NCBI GenBank assembly: GCA_023213395.1
Contig: CM041465.1
Coordinates: 164,555,741 to 164,619,740 of the forward strand
Source of the DNA: Cycas panzhihuaensis
Lineage: Eukaryota; Plantae; Cycadophyta
Reading direction: 5' to 3'
DNA length: 64,000 nucleotides
The notes below the pieces were generated by a model, which saw only the letters and a program-made list of their open reading frames with translations, had not been told where the DNA came from and made no database searches. Made by a program: the position numbers and the translations under genes. This document shows positions 60,867-64,000 of this stretch, one piece after another. The stretch's first letter is position 1. Each line of letters opens with the position of its first letter.

Positions 60867-63800
60867 TGTCCTTAGTCATGTAATTAACACACATAATCAT
60901 GACGTGTCATAATATCTGAGGTTGGTTATATACGAAGTTATAATTGTTACCAACCACATCATGTACTTAAGGAATTCATCCTCTCAATAAAGTTGTTGAG
61001 TTTTCTCATCAACCTTTCTGTCTCCTAAATTCAAGCTAACATGGTATTAGAGCAGGCTCAACCCTAACTGCTCATCTGAAAGAAGTCCCAATTCCTGAAG
61101 ACTAGTCAAGGGTTCAAGAGGGAGACAAGTCAGGAAGGCTCTCCAGCATTGAAGAAGGTCATTAAAATCACTGTGTATAGAACCATACAGACGTCACTTT
61201 CTCAAAGTTATCGGATCAGGATGAAACTTGGTGGGCAGATAGATTGGAGGACGCTCATCATTTCTTCCTTCTATGTCGAAGGCATCTGAGGTCATTTCAG
61301 GGGTCAAACTGACCACGCACTAGTCCGCACGGGATTGAAGGGAAATAAGATCAAATCTCTTCGAAATCAAGTGAAAACCGGGTAACATTGGTCCCAAATG
61401 CTTTGAATGACTGATATTGTTCAATCCGAACCATTTTCGTGTAACTTCATTGAGTATTTTGCTCAAAATTTGCAAAAACATCTCAAAACCCTAGCTGCCC
61501 GTGTTTATTTTCGGGGTTGTCTTCTGCTGCTTGAAAAAGAATTTTGAGAAACTGACTCCAAATCTAGATTGGCGACGGGGAAACCTCTCTTTTGAGGTAC
61601 ACTTTGTTTCAGTCCATACACTTAGGGTTTTATACGGAAATCCGTACAACTGTACTGTCAATCCAGTCCTGATCCTTTTTCTCTCATTAATAATGGTTGC
61701 TCCATTGTTTGGCCTTTCTGAGCAAGACAAACTTACTAAAAATAATTATCATATTTGGAAGATAAAGATTGAAACCCTACTCAGGGCTCGTAATGCTTGG
61801 AATATCGCCCTTGGTGTTGAAGCTAAGCCTGATGATGCTAGTGCTACCTTGCCTGGGTGGTTGGAGAGGGACAATGTAGGTGTCATCATTTTCAAACTAT
61901 CAGTATCCGACTCCTTGTTGGTTTATGTGGAAAAATTAACTTCCACATCAAGTATCTGGAAATTCTTTGAAAACCTGTTTGGTAAAAAAAATAAGGCCCG
62001 GATATTCACCTTGAAAGAAGAATTGTATAAGTTGCACATGAGAGAACATGAAACAGTGATTGAATTCATACACAAAATCACTTCATTCAAAAATGGACTT
62101 CTAAGTGCAGGAGAAATTTTGTCTGAACCTGAACTTGTCGAGATGATAGCAAGTAAATTTCCCAAAACTTTTGATGTAACAATCAACACCATTACAAACA
62201 ATAATCAAATTAATGCAATGACCCTTGACAAGTTGACTAAAATTCTACTTAGACAAAAACAAAGAAACAGGTGATACGAAGACTCAATAGAGCTTGAAGA
62301 TGCATTTGCTTCTAGATTAAATCTGGAACCACAAGGACGAAGTCAGACACGTGAAATGGGACGAACTCTAGATTCTAGGAGATTTGCTCGTGGTCGATAT
62401 TTGGACAACAGAGTGCGCTGACGAAGTCGTGATTCCAAGATATGTTTTAATTGTGGTAGATCTAGACACTTCGCTAGTACTTGCAGAGCATTCGATATGT
62501 GTTATCATTGTGGGTAGACCGAACACTATCCCTATCAATGTCTTCAGAGAAGAATTGACATTCAGAGAGGGAAAAGACCAATGGGCAACTACAACAAAGA
62601 ACAAACTGAAGAAGATGAAGAAGAGACAGCATTCGTAGTTGTCCTGTTAGCAGGATTAAAGGAGACCGACACCTGGTTTATTGACTCTGGAGCTTCATGA
62701 CACATGATAAATCGTCAACACTAGTTTGAAACCTTAAAACCCTGTGACATTAACAAATCAGTGGAATTAGGTGATAAATATCCACTAGAAGTCAAGGGAG
62801 TAGGTACCGTTTCTATTTGTGTACAGGGTAGTATAAGGAAAATTGGAAATGTTTTGTTGGTCCCTGACCTCAAAATGAATCTTTTGTCTGTCTCAAAACT
62901 TAGCAAAAAGGGGCTAAGAACTATGTTTGATGAAGGTGGTCTATGTTTTATACTGGACATAAAAAATAATGGGGAAACAATTGCCAAAGGTATTAGAAGT
63001 AATGATCTGTATAAATTGGTCTCAAATCCTATAATACCCAGTCCAAATTCAAAAGCTTGTACTGCTATGAATATTGATAATAAAATGTGGCAATTGAAGT
63101 ACGGGCATCTTCCAGTAGAAACCTTAAAGAAAATGAAAAAATATGATATGGTGCATGGATTGCCTAATATTTCTTCAAAAATTTTTGTATACAAAGGATG
63201 TCAATTTGGAAAAAATCACAAATTACTTTTCAAAGAAAGTAAGTGGAGATCACAAAATAAATTGGAGCTAGTTCATACAGATCTCTATGGACCACTTACA
63301 CCATTTTCAATAAATGGTTGTAGATATTTCCTAACTTTCATTAATGATTTCACCAGAAAAGTCTGGGTATACTTTCTTCATAATAAAACAAAGGTCTTTG
63401 AAATCTTTAAAGAATTCAAAGCAGAAGTTGAACTTGAATTAGACTCTAAAATAAAGTGCATAAGATTAGATGGAGGAGGAGAATATATCTCCAATGAGTT
63501 CCTAACATATTGCAGAAGGAATGGAATTCAGAGACAGGTCACCACACCCTACACTGCATAGTCAAATGGAGTTGCTAAAAGAAAAAATAGAACCCAGATG
63601 GAAATGGCCGGCAACATGGTACATGAAATACAGGTTCCAAAGTCGTATTGGGCAGAAGCCGTGAACACAGCCTGCTATTTTGTAAATAGAAGTCCGACCA
63701 AAGCACTGGAAAACATCACTCCAGAGGAAGCATGGATAGGTAAGAAACCTGAAGTCAGCTCTCTCAAAGTGTTTGGTAGTCAACCTTATGTACATATACC

Positions 63801-64000
63801 AGACAAAAAAAGGTTAAAAATTGATGCAAAAAGTATAGAATGCATTATGATAGGCTATAGCAAAAATTCAAAAGCTTATAAATGCATTGATCCAAAAACA
63901 AATAAAATATATGTTAGTAGAGATGTAGTGCTTGATGAAGAAAGTTTGAATTCTCAATCACAAATTAAAATAATTGAAGAAGAAATAGAGAATTCTAGTA
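60867..64000 (+). mobile_element. Ty1/Copia element 5' part (partial LTR to 61041, PBS 61042-61053), running out of the window
   Basis: CTAACA|TGGTATTAGAGC followed by gag, protease and integrase. Confidence 0.9.
61693..64000 (+). pseudogene. Copia gag-PR-integrase with stops
   Basis: KLTKNNYHIWKIKIETLL, CFNCGRSRHFASTC, CYHCG*TEHYPYQC, WFIDSGAS*HM, LELVHTDLYGP and IRLDGGGEY. Confidence 0.92.

Overview
AT-rich plant heterochromatin built almost entirely from nested LTR retrotransposons, with no intact host gene. A large-genome land plant such as a gymnosperm or fern is likely, but that is inference only. The backbone is two old Athila-like Ty3/Gypsy elements in opposite orientation (5858-~23989 +; 35439-53847 -, TSD TTATT) plus the 3' end of a third (59732-~60860 -). 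Each of the first two contains a young copy of one Ty1/Copia family (9921-16850 -, TSD AGAAG; 40293-47279 +). The rest is older Copia fragments, a solo LTR, a gag-only element and a decayed UDP-glycosyltransferase fragment. Main observations: (1) a 251-bp mini LTR element (65-bp LTRs) is fused tail-to-tail to the second Copia, and a single CATAC TSD flanks the pair, which suggests co-integration. (2) The Gypsy family has two extra capsid-like (Retrotrans_gag) modules between protease and RT, four CCHC-type knuckles and a PMD/ATHILA-like 3' extra ORF. (3) The Copia LTR is a chain of palindromes, with a 60-bp palindrome module duplicated in one 3' LTR. (4) Lesions in the young Copia copies cluster at CAG/CTG and look like methylation-linked long-read errors. 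All family assignments come from motif recognition by eye; no searches were run.
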